Of a stretch of 43,511 nucleotides of DNA, positions 18,884-28,336 are shown in pieces. The DNA is from Armatimonadota bacterium (GTDB taxonomy: Bacteria > Armatimonadota > UBA5829 > DTLH01). Each line of letters begins with the position of its first letter. The first letter of the stretch is position 1. The DNA lies in assembly GCA_039680575.1 (NCBI GenBank), contig JBDKSP010000057.1:1-43511 (forward strand). Reading direction: 5' to 3'. Below the pieces are notes generated by a model that worked only from the letters and a program-made list of their open reading frames with translations, ran no database searches and was not told where the DNA came from. Both the position numbers and the translations under genes were made by a program.

Positions 18884-20791
18884 TTGGATACGCGGGAAGT
18901 GCCAGCCGGTATATCTAGGCCGGTGCTGCTGACGAACAAAGACGAACTGGCTTATATCCGGGAGAAGCTAACCGATCCCGAATATAAGTTGCTTTATGAC
19001 GAGGTAATCCGCCTTGCCCGGTCCGACCCGGATGATGTCACGTCACCTCTGGCTGCTGCCGCAGATATCGATCCGCACTTTTGCAATATCGGCTGGCGGC
19101 TGATGGGAATGGAAAGTGTGCTCCCCGCCGCCGGAGTTGCCTGGCATCTGACGGGCGACAAGAGCTATGCCGATTGGGTGCTGCCGCTCATGCAGGAAGC
19201 CCTGGCATGGCCGCATTGGTCCGACGGGCGGCATACGGCCGTAAACGGCTATTACGACGCCGCTCCTGAGACTGCATGCGGGATGAGGGCTATGGCTTGG
19301 GCGCTGGACCTGTTCGACGACATCCTGCCGACGGATATAAAGCGCGCGGCGGAAAAGCGGATTGCATACCTCGCCCAGCGTTTGATGGAAATCAGCCTGT
19401 CCAAAGCGACCAGGTGGGCAGATGATGTAAGCGACGACTGGTCGACGACTATGTACAGCGCAATAGGACACGTTGCACTCGCGCTCAGGGGCGTAGATGA
19501 CCGGACGGAAGAGTGGCTGAATGTGGCGCTGGAACGGATTACGAGCTACCTCGACAGCCTTCCTAAGGATGGAGGCCACCCGAGCGGCCTCGCGCGGTGG
19601 GAGTTCGCGCTTACGCACTGCTGCGAGTTTTTGGAAGCGCTTCACAGGACCACAGGCGCTGATTTTCGCAGACATCCAGCCATCGAGCGGATCAGGAGGT
19701 TTGCGGTAGAGTGCCTTTCTCCGGGCGGGTTGGATGTGATCCAGATAGATCAGGGGCTGCCGCTCGATATTTCCAATGTTACCCGCGGACCTTTGAGCAA
19801 AATACTTGCTATATGGTTCCGTGATCCCGTTATCCGATGGGCGATGCTCAGTACCCGGCGGACCGGCTATATTCAGGCGCAGGACCTGCTTTGGTACGAT
19901 AACAGTATCCACGCCGTCTCACCTGAACAGAACGGCGAAGGCAGTAAAATCTTCAAAGACATCGGCTGGGTGGTCATGCGGTCCGGCTGGAACAGGAAAG
20001 ACAACCTGGTCGCTTTCAAAAGTTCGCCGTACTGGCCGGGTTACCACCATCTCGACCAGAACAGCTTCGAAATTTTCGCTCATGGGCATGAAATCGCGCT
20101 GGATTCCGGCCTCGGCTGGCGGGCGCATCCGAACTACTTCGAGCGGTACCGCGACAGCCTTGCCCATAATGTGATCCTGATAAACAGCCGGGGCCAACTC
20201 AAGCATTCCGCCGAAAACCATGGAGAGTTGATCCATGCATCGACCTCGGATGATGCCGATTATGCCGTGGGGGAGTGCGCGAGCGTCTATGAGAACGCTT
20301 CGAAGATGAGGCGCGCGATACTCTTCCTGAAGCCGGACATTATTGTGATCCGCGACATTATCGAGTTGGACACCGCTCTTCCCATACAGTGGCAGATCCA
20401 CGGTAACGAAAAGATCGAGATCCACCCAGGCGCTGCAGGCGCAGTGGAGCGAGGATTTACGATAGAAATGCCTGATGTACGGCTGGACGCATTCGTTGTC
20501 CGGCCAAAAGACTGGAAGTATGCTCTGCGCAGAGCCTATAAGCTCACAGACTGGCAGACCAGGCACGAGTCGACCCACCCGGTCTTGACCATAACACCAG
20601 ATAGATCAAGCAATTACGAGTTCAATGTCGTTCTCAAAGTGCTGGACTACGACGACACGCGTAAATTCCCGGGCAGAGTCCAGGAAGATGGAAGTATGCT
20701 GATCATAACAGGTGGGTGCAAGTGGACTGTGACCCCAACCAGTGATGGGTTGGATTACCGCAAAGGATCCAACACTCCTCCTAAAGGTTAA
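18884..20791 (+). CDS. Heparinase II/III-like domain protein
   Basis: GWVVMRSGW, HHLDQNSF, DSG, SLAHNVILIN. Confidence 0.85.
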   Translation: MDTREVPAGISRPVLLTNKDELAYIREKLTDPEYKLLYDEVIRLARSDPDDVTSPLAAAADIDPHFCNIGWRLMGMESVLPAAGVAWHLTGDKSYADWVLPLMQEALAWPHWSDGRHTAVNGYYDAAPETACGMRAMAWALDLFDDILPTDIKRAAEKRIAYLAQRLMEISLSKATRWADDVSDDWSTTMYSAIGHVALALRGVDDRTEEWLNVALERITSYLDSLPKDGGHPSGLARWEFALTHCCEFLEALHRTTGADFRRHPAIERIRRFAVECLSPGGLDVIQIDQGLPLDISNVTRGPLSKILAIWFRDPVIRWAMLSTRRTGYIQAQDLLWYDNSIHAVSPEQNGEGSKIFKDIGWVVMRSGWNRKDNLVAFKSSPYWPGYHHLDQNSFEIFAHGHEIALDSGLGWRAHPNYFERYRDSLAHNVILINSRGQLKHSAENHGELIHASTSDDADYAVGECASVYENASKMRRAILFLKPDIIVIRDIIELDTALPIQWQIHGNEKIEIHPGAAGAVERGFTIEMPDVRLDAFVVRPKDWKYALRRAYKLTDWQTRHESTHPVLTITPDRSSNYEFNVVLKVLDYDDTRKFPGRVQEDGSMLIITGGCKWTVTPTSDGLDYRKGSNTPPKG

Positions 20792-21804
20792 TTCCCCGCC
20801 CGCATCAGGAGGTCACATATCACCATCCTGTGGTCCGAGTCATCCGTTCGCTCGGCAATTACGGCTGCAGCGTAGAAGTGATCGTTTGTCCACACCTGGT
20901 CGATTCTGATCAGCGGTATGCTGTTCGGCAAGGTGCATCCCCACCCCTTGCCGCCGTCCCTGAACGCATCGCGCAGTTTTGGGCTGATGGCATGGAAAAT
21001 GGCGTCTCCGGCAGGTGAATTGAAGTCTCCTCCCAGGATAACGGGCGCCGAATCGGCTAACTGGTCGATCCGCTCCTTCACATATTCCATTTCATGCCGG
21101 TGGACTCTTCGCATATGAGACATATATTTCCAATATTCGGATTTCCAGACGTCCGTGCGGAACGCAACCGGCGACAGGTGGACATCCATAACAACCACTT
21201 CCCTGCCGGTGGTAAGCCTTATCCGGCTTTCGGTAAGCCAGGAGTCCTTATTTTGGGATGATAATATACGGCCTCTTGCAATAATGGCTGTATCGTTGGT
21301 CCATACGACCGCCGCTTTATGCTTGTAGAGCTTTCGTGCAATGCTACTTACGCATTGTTTAGCCGGAGACTCCTGAAAAAGCACTATATCGGGGGTGTAT
21401 TCATCCACCTCAGCCGCGGCTTTATCGTTGCCGGCACCGCAGTTGACGGTAACTACTCTTATGGCGTCATTGTGGTCTTTGGCTATCTGCCACTCCTCGC
21501 TGGGCCACTCTTTATTGTTGAGAAAGCCCCTTGCATCACCGAACCCGGTCACTACTGCAAGCCACGCGATGCTGAGGAGCAGCGTGAGAAGCCAGCGCCG
21601 CTTGCTCCATCCGTATTCAGCCGCTAGAAAACCGGGAAGCGCCCATACCCAGACAGGCCAGACCGTCATCCCGGCGACCGAGTCGTGCTGCGTCCAGTAG
21701 CATGCCGTTATTATAACGAGCATCAGCCCTGAGACCACCAGAAGCACCGGCCTGCTCTTTTCAGCAAAAGATGAATAGTTAGTTTTTTTACGCGCCCGCC
21801 TCAT
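20788..21804 (-). CDS. Membrane-anchored endonuclease/exonuclease/phosphatase family protein
   Basis: N-terminal TM helices; DIVLFQE, GGDFN, RIDQVW, SDHR. Confidence 0.9.
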   Translation of the reverse strand: MRRARKKTNYSSFAEKSRPVLLVVSGLMLVIITACYWTQHDSVAGMTVWPVWVWALPGFLAAEYGWSKRRWLLTLLLSIAWLAVVTGFGDARGFLNNKEWPSEEWQIAKDHNDAIRVVTVNCGAGNDKAAAEVDEYTPDIVLFQESPAKQCVSSIARKLYKHKAAVVWTNDTAIIARGRILSSQNKDSWLTESRIRLTTGREVVVMDVHLSPVAFRTDVWKSEYWKYMSHMRRVHRHEMEYVKERIDQLADSAPVILGGDFNSPAGDAIFHAISPKLRDAFRDGGKGWGCTLPNSIPLIRIDQVWTNDHFYAAAVIAERTDDSDHRMVICDLLMRAGN

Positions 21805-21952
21805 ACGGTTTATATCTCCATTCGATGTTCTGACTCGACTATTCTACCATGCAAATGAGAAATGAGGCTGAGGGGTGGAAACTTACACATTGTCTCCTTG
21901 TATTCCGCATTCTATGTAACAGTTCACTCTTAATGAGAGATCTTACATCAAA

Positions 21953-21999
21953 GTCCATTCTTTTCCTGGATGCTGAGTCAAGCTCGGCATGACGTTGTG
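21953..21999. repeat. Palindromic repeat, inverted copy of 33044-33090
   Basis: 43 of 47 positions identical by manual alignment. Confidence 0.85.
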
Positions 22000-22053
22000 A
22001 TAATTCAGTATGATGTTGTAATCATCAACTCTGAACCCTTACTTGTGAACCGT

Positions 22054-22330
22054 CTACAGGTTGTTTAGGAGGCCTGTGTTGTAGAATATTAACTTCCCTT
22101 TGGAATCCTTTCCTTTGAAGGCAGTTACATTATTTCCCCTGATTTTCCCAACATGACCGTCAAGATACGCTACAGTTCCAACGCCGTTATGCTTGTATGA
22201 AAGCATGTCATCACCTATAAAAAGCGCATCGTTCAACAGGCCAAGCGGGTTCCTTGGATCTGTGTTCTCCTCGACAAAGGTAATCATCTTGGATGGTTGT
22301 TTGAACCAGTTTACTGGAAACCCTTCGTAA
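22054..22330 (-). pseudogene. C-terminal remnant of a prepilin/H-X9-DG domain gene
   Basis: FKQPSKMITFVEEN...NDALF...KHNGVGTVAYLDGHV; no N-terminal methylation motif; paralogous to 30238-30945. Confidence 0.7.
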
Positions 22331-22474
22331 TCCGCGCGCCAGAACCTACCATGATAGCTACAATACCCTAATAAAAGAATAGAGGACGAGAAAAATAAAA
22401 TAATCTCGTCCTCTTTTGTACGAATGCACAATCTACATAACTCGGGCTAATTCCGAGCCCGCGATAAACGACAG

Positions 22475-23182
22475 CTAGACCACTGCGATTTCTCTGATTT
22501 CAAACTTGTAGCCAACGCCCCATATTGTTGTAATTCTGCAGGGGCTTCCATTATTCTCAATCTTGCGACGAAGACGTTTGATATGCTGGTCTACAGTCCT
22601 CTCATCACCATAAAACTCTTGATACGCCCAGACCTGCTCGAGCAACTGCTCTCTTGTGAAAACGCGGTTGCGGTTGGAAGCAAGGTACCAAAGTAAGTCG
22701 AATTCTTTAGGAGTAAGGTCTACCTTGCGATCTCCCACAACGACCTCGCGGGAGATTCGGCTTACGGACAAGCCGGGCAGGTTGAGCACCTGCTGCTCAT
22801 CGGGACTGGGAACGTAGGCTGCACGCCTGAGGACGGCTTTTACTCTCGCCAGAAGCTCTCTAGGAGAAAACGGTTTTGTAATATAGTCATCTGCACCTAT
22901 TTCAAGTCCTAATACTCTATCAACTTCATCAACTCTGGCGGTTAACATAATAATCGGAACATTACTGGATTTTCTAATCTCTTTACATACATCCAGACCA
23001 TCCATCCCGGGTAGCATAAGGTCCAGGATAATGATATCCGGTCGATACTGGCGCGATCTTTCAATTCCGTCTGCGCCATCAGGGGCGGTGGTAACTTCGT
23101 ATCCAGCTTTGTCGAAGTAGAGCGATATTAGCTCACAGACGTTCTCTTCGTCGTCTATCACCAGCACCTTCTGTTTGGTCAT
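22475..23182 (-). CDS. OmpR/PhoB-family response regulator
   Basis: VIDDE, LDLMLP, GADDYITKPF, RTVDQHIKRLR, IWGVGYK. Confidence 0.95.
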   Translation of the reverse strand: MTKQKVLVIDDEENVCELISLYFDKAGYEVTTAPDGADGIERSRQYRPDIIILDLMLPGMDGLDVCKEIRKSSNVPIIMLTARVDEVDRVLGLEIGADDYITKPFSPRELLARVKAVLRRAAYVPSPDEQQVLNLPGLSVSRISREVVVGDRKVDLTPKEFDLLWYLASNRNRVFTREQLLEQVWAYQEFYGDERTVDQHIKRLRRKIENNGSPCRITTIWGVGYKFEIREIAVV

Positions 23183-23280
23183 ACTACTTCTTCCTTTCCT
23201 AATAGTTCTCGTGCATCCAAACCACGATCCAGCTGCATTGAGCTTGAGAGGAATTTGTCCATGCAAGCTCATCTATCGCA

Positions 23281-23309
23281 AGTATATGACCTTTTCTCCA
23301 GCATGTCAA
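23281..23309 (-). promoter_or_regulatory. Sigma70-type promoter
   Basis: TTGACA-N17-TATACT. Confidence 0.7.
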
Positions 23310-23352
23310 GACTGAAACATATACAAAGCACAAAAAAAGCTCCGAATTTATA

Positions 23353-24444
23353 CTACCTTAACATCGCTTGCGCGGCTGTAGTGTGAAATAATCGGCGAGT
23401 TATTCGAAATTCCATACCATCGTCCGCTCTACACACACGATTCGTCAGTAAAATCACGAATATATCGCACGTATCATCGATTGCCATAGATACACCTGTG
23501 AAACCTGTGTGACCGATTGTCCCAGATGATTGCAAATTACCGTCGGGCAGCATCGCATTCGGATAGATGAACCAACCGGCGGTATGCCCTCCGATGGAGG
23601 GATCGAGCAGGTTTCGGAACATGAGCCGCACTCCGGCCTCGGGCAGCACACCGCAGCCGCCCGAGAGCAGTATCACCGCAAACCGGGCGAGGTCCAGCGC
23701 AGTCGAAAAAAGCCCCGCATTACCACTCACTCCACCCATAGCCCAGGCGTTTCCATCGTGAACTTTACCTGCGAGCAGTCCATCTCTCATTGGGCAGTTG
23801 GCTGTAGCAGCAGTACGGCTGATCAGCTCACCTGAAGGATTGAATACCGTGTCGCGCATCCCAAGGGGACCAAATATGTTCCTTTCGGCAAACTCGTCGA
23901 GCCTCATTCCGCTCGTTATCCGCACAATTTCCCCAAGAAGTATGTATCCGAGGCAGCTATATGTGTACACTTCACCTGGGGGATTATCGAGGTGCGTCGA
24001 AAGTATCCCTTCAATCACATCATTTGGGGACTGGCCAGCCGTATAAAAATCCTTCCAGGCCGGTAGACCGGAAGTATGGGTCAGCAGGTGAAATATATTG
24101 GCCTTGGATAAGTGCGTGAGATTGCTATTTGGGAGATAGTTTGATAATAATTGCTCAAACTCGACGATGCCTTGTTCGATAAGGATCAGGAGTGAAGCTG
24201 CGGTCGCTACAGGCTTGGTAAGCGATGCGATATCGAACACTGTATCCGGCTGGACAGGCTGCCCATCGCTTGGCCTTGTGTAACCAAAGCACTGCGGTTC
24301 GAGAATTCCGGCCTCTCCTCCGATGAGGTAGACCGCGCCGGGATACAGGCCATCATCCAGCCCGCGCCGGATAATATCATCCGCCATTTGCAGGCGTTTT
24401 TTATCGAATCCTAACTCTTCTGGTTTTACAACAAGCAGTTTCAT
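23353..24444 (-). CDS. Serine hydrolase, beta-lactamase class C-like family
   Basis: FDIASLTK, LLTHTSGL, YSCLGY, VHDGNA, GHTGFTG. Confidence 0.92.
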   Translation of the reverse strand: MKLLVVKPEELGFDKKRLQMADDIIRRGLDDGLYPGAVYLIGGEAGILEPQCFGYTRPSDGQPVQPDTVFDIASLTKPVATAASLLILIEQGIVEFEQLLSNYLPNSNLTHLSKANIFHLLTHTSGLPAWKDFYTAGQSPNDVIEGILSTHLDNPPGEVYTYSCLGYILLGEIVRITSGMRLDEFAERNIFGPLGMRDTVFNPSGELISRTAATANCPMRDGLLAGKVHDGNAWAMGGVSGNAGLFSTALDLARFAVILLSGGCGVLPEAGVRLMFRNLLDPSIGGHTAGWFIYPNAMLPDGNLQSSGTIGHTGFTGVSMAIDDTCDIFVILLTNRVCRADDGMEFRITRRLFHTTAAQAMLR

Positions 24445-24556
24445 CAGTAGTCCAGCCCAGAGCGAAGTTTAATCTATATTATTGTAACACAAGGGAGAAA
24501 ACGCTCGCGGACGAGTTGCCGCTACTGCTAAATAGCTTCTGTGCTGTCAAAGCAAG

Positions 24557-24582
24557 GTTTTGCTTGCATGCCTCGCGGGTAT
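24557..24582 (+). promoter_or_regulatory. SigB/SigF-type promoter
   Basis: GTTT-N16-GGGTAT about 20 bp upstream of an anti-anti-sigma gene. Confidence 0.5.
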
Positions 24583-24601
24583 CAGAGCGAAGTGAACCGA
24601 A

Positions 24602-24970
24602 ATGATATCCGGAGATGACTATTCCAACTTAATGACAGTAGATTCTGTCGAAGCCGATAGCTCGGTCGTGATGTATCTGGTCGGAGAGTGCGACATAGGG
24701 ACCGTACCGACTTTAACGAAAGAGCTTCGCCACGCGCTCGAAGAGCGTAAACACGTCGTGCTCGATGTTCACCTCCTGACCTACATCGACAGTGCGGGCA
24801 TATCCGCGATAGCGGCAGCCCAGGAGAGCCTGGCTCAGAGTAAACGGCAGCTCAGAGTGGTTGGCGCGCACGGTATCTTCGACCGGATTATCCGGTTGAC
24901 GAAGCTGGACGCGCAAATCCCTCTCGACGACAGTGTCGATGACGCGCTTTCGGCGATAGCCTCAATTTGA
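24602..24970 (+). CDS. STAS anti-sigma factor antagonist
   Basis: GECD, LTYIDSAG phosphoacceptor motif. Confidence 0.9.
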   Translation: MISGDDYSNLMTVDSVEADSSVVMYLVGECDIGTVPTLTKELRHALEERKHVVLDVHLLTYIDSAGISAIAAAQESLAQSKRQLRVVGAHGIFDRIIRLTKLDAQIPLDDSVDDALSAIASI

Positions 24971-25172
24971 CTGCTCGTTCGCCAACAGCGCTCTATAAAT
25001 CGCTGTATTTACTGATGAGGTTGTTGTTGACAACACGGTGACACATGCGGTTTTAGTGCCACGTAAGTGTCATGTATGCCAGCTAAATTACACGTCAGTT
25101 CTCACTAAAGTACACTATTTGCTTTACATGCTTTTTTCGGTGTGCTACAATGACCCAAGAGGACTTCTGACC

Positions 25173-25249
25173 CATAGACTATTTGGCTGGAATAATTCAT
25201 AGACTATTTGGCTGGAATTATTCATAGACTATTTGGCTGGAATAATTCA
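25173..25249. repeat. Tandem repeat, 3 x 25 bp
   Basis: CATAGACTATTTGGCTGGAATWATT x3, downstream of TTTACA-N17-TACAAT (25123-25151). Confidence 0.95.
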
Positions 25250-25346
25250 CGAGAAGCATGGATAGTCCGGTTAGCCTATAGATTTGCCCTCGCATTTTTC
25301 AGCCGGTAGATCCGACCGGCTGTTTCCATTCGAGGTACAGCACACA

Positions 25347-25859
25347 GTGAAGGTAATAGAGATCCTGTTCTATAACAGCCACCGAGTAAAGCTGGTAGTG
25401 GAGATGCCCGATCCGAACAGATATTCCACCCGTCACGCACCGCACATACCAGGTCTGTTATTCAAGCTCTTCCCGCATCTGGCAAAACACAAGTGCGAAA
25501 ACGAGAACGGATACTCGTTCAGGAAGGAATGCCAATCTACGGAAATCCCTCATTTATTCGAGCACCTGATTATCGAGCTTCAGGGAAAAGTCCAGCCATC
25601 CGGCGTCCTCAAGGGTGAGACCCAGTGGAACTGGAGAGTCGATCCGAAGGGCAGGTTCCATGTGTATGTGGACTACGAAAACGAGGTCTTGGTGCTCGGT
25701 GCAATACGGGTCGCCGAAAGGATCATCAACGCGCTGGACAACCGCCAGATAGACGATCTGGATATAGACCAGGAAGTAGAAAGCCTGCGCCAGCTTGCCG
25801 AACTCGGTATACGGATACGCAGGTCCACGGGTGCTGTGGAACAGCTAAAGGGTGCCTGA
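25347..25859 (+). CDS. Stand-alone cyanophycin synthetase N-terminal-like domain protein
   Basis: FPHLAKHKC...PHLFEHLIIELQ, YVDYENE; likely GTG start at 25347 (ORF is open from 25284). Confidence 0.75.
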   Translation: MKVIEILFYNSHRVKLVVEMPDPNRYSTRHAPHIPGLLFKLFPHLAKHKCENENGYSFRKECQSTEIPHLFEHLIIELQGKVQPSGVLKGETQWNWRVDPKGRFHVYVDYENEVLVLGAIRVAERIINALDNRQIDDLDIDQEVESLRQLAELGIRIRRSTGAVEQLKGA

Positions 25860-26031
25860 ATCCAGGCTTTTCAACTAATCTTAAGTGGTTAAGTTATACC
25901 GGACACCCTGTCCCGATATATGCCTTACTACGAGAGTAGATTTCGGTACAAGGGTGTCCTCAAATAACAAAACATTAACAATTAACAGTTCGATTATACG
26001 CTGTAATCATAGACCGTGGATGTTTTATCAG

Positions 26032-28197
26032 CTAACTATCTTCCTCTTTCTCCGAGGCGCCGCCTTTTCCACCTTCCAGGGCTAATATGGTCGAGCCTCC
26101 GTTCGGGTAGTAGTGCGAGTGATAATAGAAGCTGTCCACGTTGTTTGGCTGGACGTCGTTCAGCACGACTCCGAGGATTTGCACATTGGCCTTGTTGAAC
26201 AGCTTGCGCACCTGGAGTTCAGCTCCTCGCGGCACCTGGTTCGCGCGGACCACGAGCAGCACGCCGTCGATCCACCTGGACATGACTATCGTGTCCGTGA
26301 ATGCTATTGCTGAAGGGGTATCGAAGAGCACGAAGTCCGCACCCTGTCTGAGTGTCTCCACGACATCGCCCATCCGCTGCGAACCGAGCATTTCGGAGGG
26401 GTTCGTCGGGGTCGGTCCCGCAGGCAGGAGTATCAGGTTCTGGATTTCCGTGCTTACCAGCACTTCGCTCAAGTCTTTTTCACCGGAAAGGACCGTACTC
26501 AAGCCGAAGTCGTTGCCTGCCTTGAATATCCGGTGAAGCGTAGGCCGCCGCATATCTCCATCGACCAGAACGACCCGTTTTCCATCCATAGCAAGCGATA
26601 TAGCAAGGTTGGCGATGGTCGTGGTGCCTCCCTGTCCGGGCTTTGCCGTCGCCACCATCACCGTCTGGCAGCCGGACTCCGCCGCAGTCAGGAGAAGGTC
26701 GGTCCTCAGGAACCTGTAAGCCTCGGCGAGGGGAGAAAGCGGGTCGAGATACGTGATTTTAGGCAGCGCCGGAGCGTTGCGGCCGGTCATGCTGGGGATA
26801 AGCGCATTGACAGGAAGCGAAAGCAGTTGTTCCACATCCACATTGGACCTGATCCTGTTGTCCAGTGTTTCCAGCACGAGCGCCAGCCCGATGCCGACTA
26901 TCAGACTGAGGATAAGCCCCATTCCAAGATAGCTTACCCTGCTGCGGCCTATCGGCCCACGGGCGACGACGGCCTTGTCCACCAGCCTTATGGCTCCAGT
27001 CTCGCTCGTGTCCTTTTCGCTGAGCCTTGCCTGGTTCAATCGGTCTTTGACGCCCGAATACCGGGTCTGCGCGTCCAGAAACTCCTGCTGAAGCCTTGCG
27101 AGCTTGACATCGTCGCCCGGAGAGAGGCTTCCCCTGGCGCGAGCTACTGAGGAATCGAGCTCTTTGACCCTCGCGGAGAACCCCCTGACATCGGACTCGA
27201 GCTGAGACTTCTGCTCAAGCAGAGTCTGCCGGATCGGGTTTGCAACTATCGAATGCCGCATCCTGAATTTTTTCTTTTCGGATTCCAGCTTTGACTGCGC
27301 GTCCGCGAGCGACCGTTTAAGGTCCTGTACAACCGGGTGGACATCGTAATATTTGGCCTGCGCTTCCGTCAGCCTGACTTTGAGCGAAGCTACCTGGGTT
27401 TCGATCTGCTGGACCATCGGAGAATCGGTGGTACCTTCTTCGACGACTTTAGTCGGAGCTTCTTTCGTAAGCTGCTGCCTGATGCTGGCAAGCCGCTGCT
27501 GAGACTCCGCGAGCTGCGCGGCAGCCTGGTCCCGCTGCTGCTGTATCTCCGTCAGATTGGCAAGGGATAGCTGGGCTCCGTCAGGCAGCGCCGCAAGCCC
27601 TTTCGTCTGTTTATAGCCCTTAAGCGATCTCTCCACGCCGGTCAACTCTTCCTCCGCCCTGGCGACTTCCTCTTCCAGTGACCGAACGTTAGTTTCGGCG
27701 TTTTGGTGGCTGATTTCCTTGTAATAGTTGGCAAAAACCAGGGCAATTGCGTTCGTTGTCCTTACGGCGGTTGCCGGATCGCCGTCCGAGACGCGTATCT
27801 CTATGATGTCCGTCGGAATATCGCCATTCTCGGATGGGTTCTCAGCCGTACCCACGGTAATTTTCTTCTGCAGCGATTCCGGGCTGGTGTCCAGATTGAG
27901 CATTTCGATAGTCCGTTCAGCAACGGTCCGGCTGGTTATAAGGCTCATAAGGTTGGCAAGCTGGCCTTCATTATCTCTCTTCGCTACCTGTCCATCTCCA
28001 TCCGCGCGCACGCTCCAGAGGATTGGCCGCTGCAGCACTGCGTCCGAGGGCATAATCTGCGATACTGCCTCATAATATAGCTGCCTTTGCGCGGTTGCGA
28101 CGAAGATTATAGCAAGTGTCGCAGCCACGAGAGCTGCGATCAGAACTTTTCTTTTGCAGATGATCCTGTAAAACTCCCAGAATTTCAATCCTCTCAC
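26032..28197 (-). CDS. Polysaccharide co-polymerase / BY-kinase (Wzc/GumC-like)
   Basis: Two TM segments, coiled coil, HPVV, AEAYRFLRT, DGDMRRP, NPSEML, C-terminal Tyr cluster. Confidence 0.92.
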   Translation of the reverse strand: MRGLKFWEFYRIICKRKVLIAALVAATLAIIFVATAQRQLYYEAVSQIMPSDAVLQRPILWSVRADGDGQVAKRDNEGQLANLMSLITSRTVAERTIEMLNLDTSPESLQKKITVGTAENPSENGDIPTDIIEIRVSDGDPATAVRTTNAIALVFANYYKEISHQNAETNVRSLEEEVARAEEELTGVERSLKGYKQTKGLAALPDGAQLSLANLTEIQQQRDQAAAQLAESQQRLASIRQQLTKEAPTKVVEEGTTDSPMVQQIETQVASLKVRLTEAQAKYYDVHPVVQDLKRSLADAQSKLESEKKKFRMRHSIVANPIRQTLLEQKSQLESDVRGFSARVKELDSSVARARGSLSPGDDVKLARLQQEFLDAQTRYSGVKDRLNQARLSEKDTSETGAIRLVDKAVVARGPIGRSRVSYLGMGLILSLIVGIGLALVLETLDNRIRSNVDVEQLLSLPVNALIPSMTGRNAPALPKITYLDPLSPLAEAYRFLRTDLLLTAAESGCQTVMVATAKPGQGGTTTIANLAISLAMDGKRVVLVDGDMRRPTLHRIFKAGNDFGLSTVLSGEKDLSEVLVSTEIQNLILLPAGPTPTNPSEMLGSQRMGDVVETLRQGADFVLFDTPSAIAFTDTIVMSRWIDGVLLVVRANQVPRGAELQVRKLFNKANVQILGVVLNDVQPNNVDSFYYHSHYYPNGGSTILALEGGKGGASEKEEDS

Positions 28198-28216
28198 CTC
28201 TTGGTTGGATGCTCAA

Positions 28217-28313
28217 TTACAGAGTTTCAGGAGATACCTGAAACTCTCCCGGAAGATTTTCGGCAACAGCCAATATATGATTGGCCATTAATCAATCAGC
28301 CGAAAATCTGTAG
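28217..28313 (-). promoter_or_regulatory. Two-hairpin leader motif, copy A
   Basis: GATTTTCGGC..GCCGAAAATC-TTCCGG-GAGTTTCAGG..CCTGAAACTC-TGTAA. Confidence 0.6.
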
Positions 28314-28336
28314 CACGGAGTACCTGTGTTTTGCTG

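Noticed and set aside
25173..25249. Possible CRISPR array
   Set aside because: Repeats are contiguous with no spacers, and no cas genes are present
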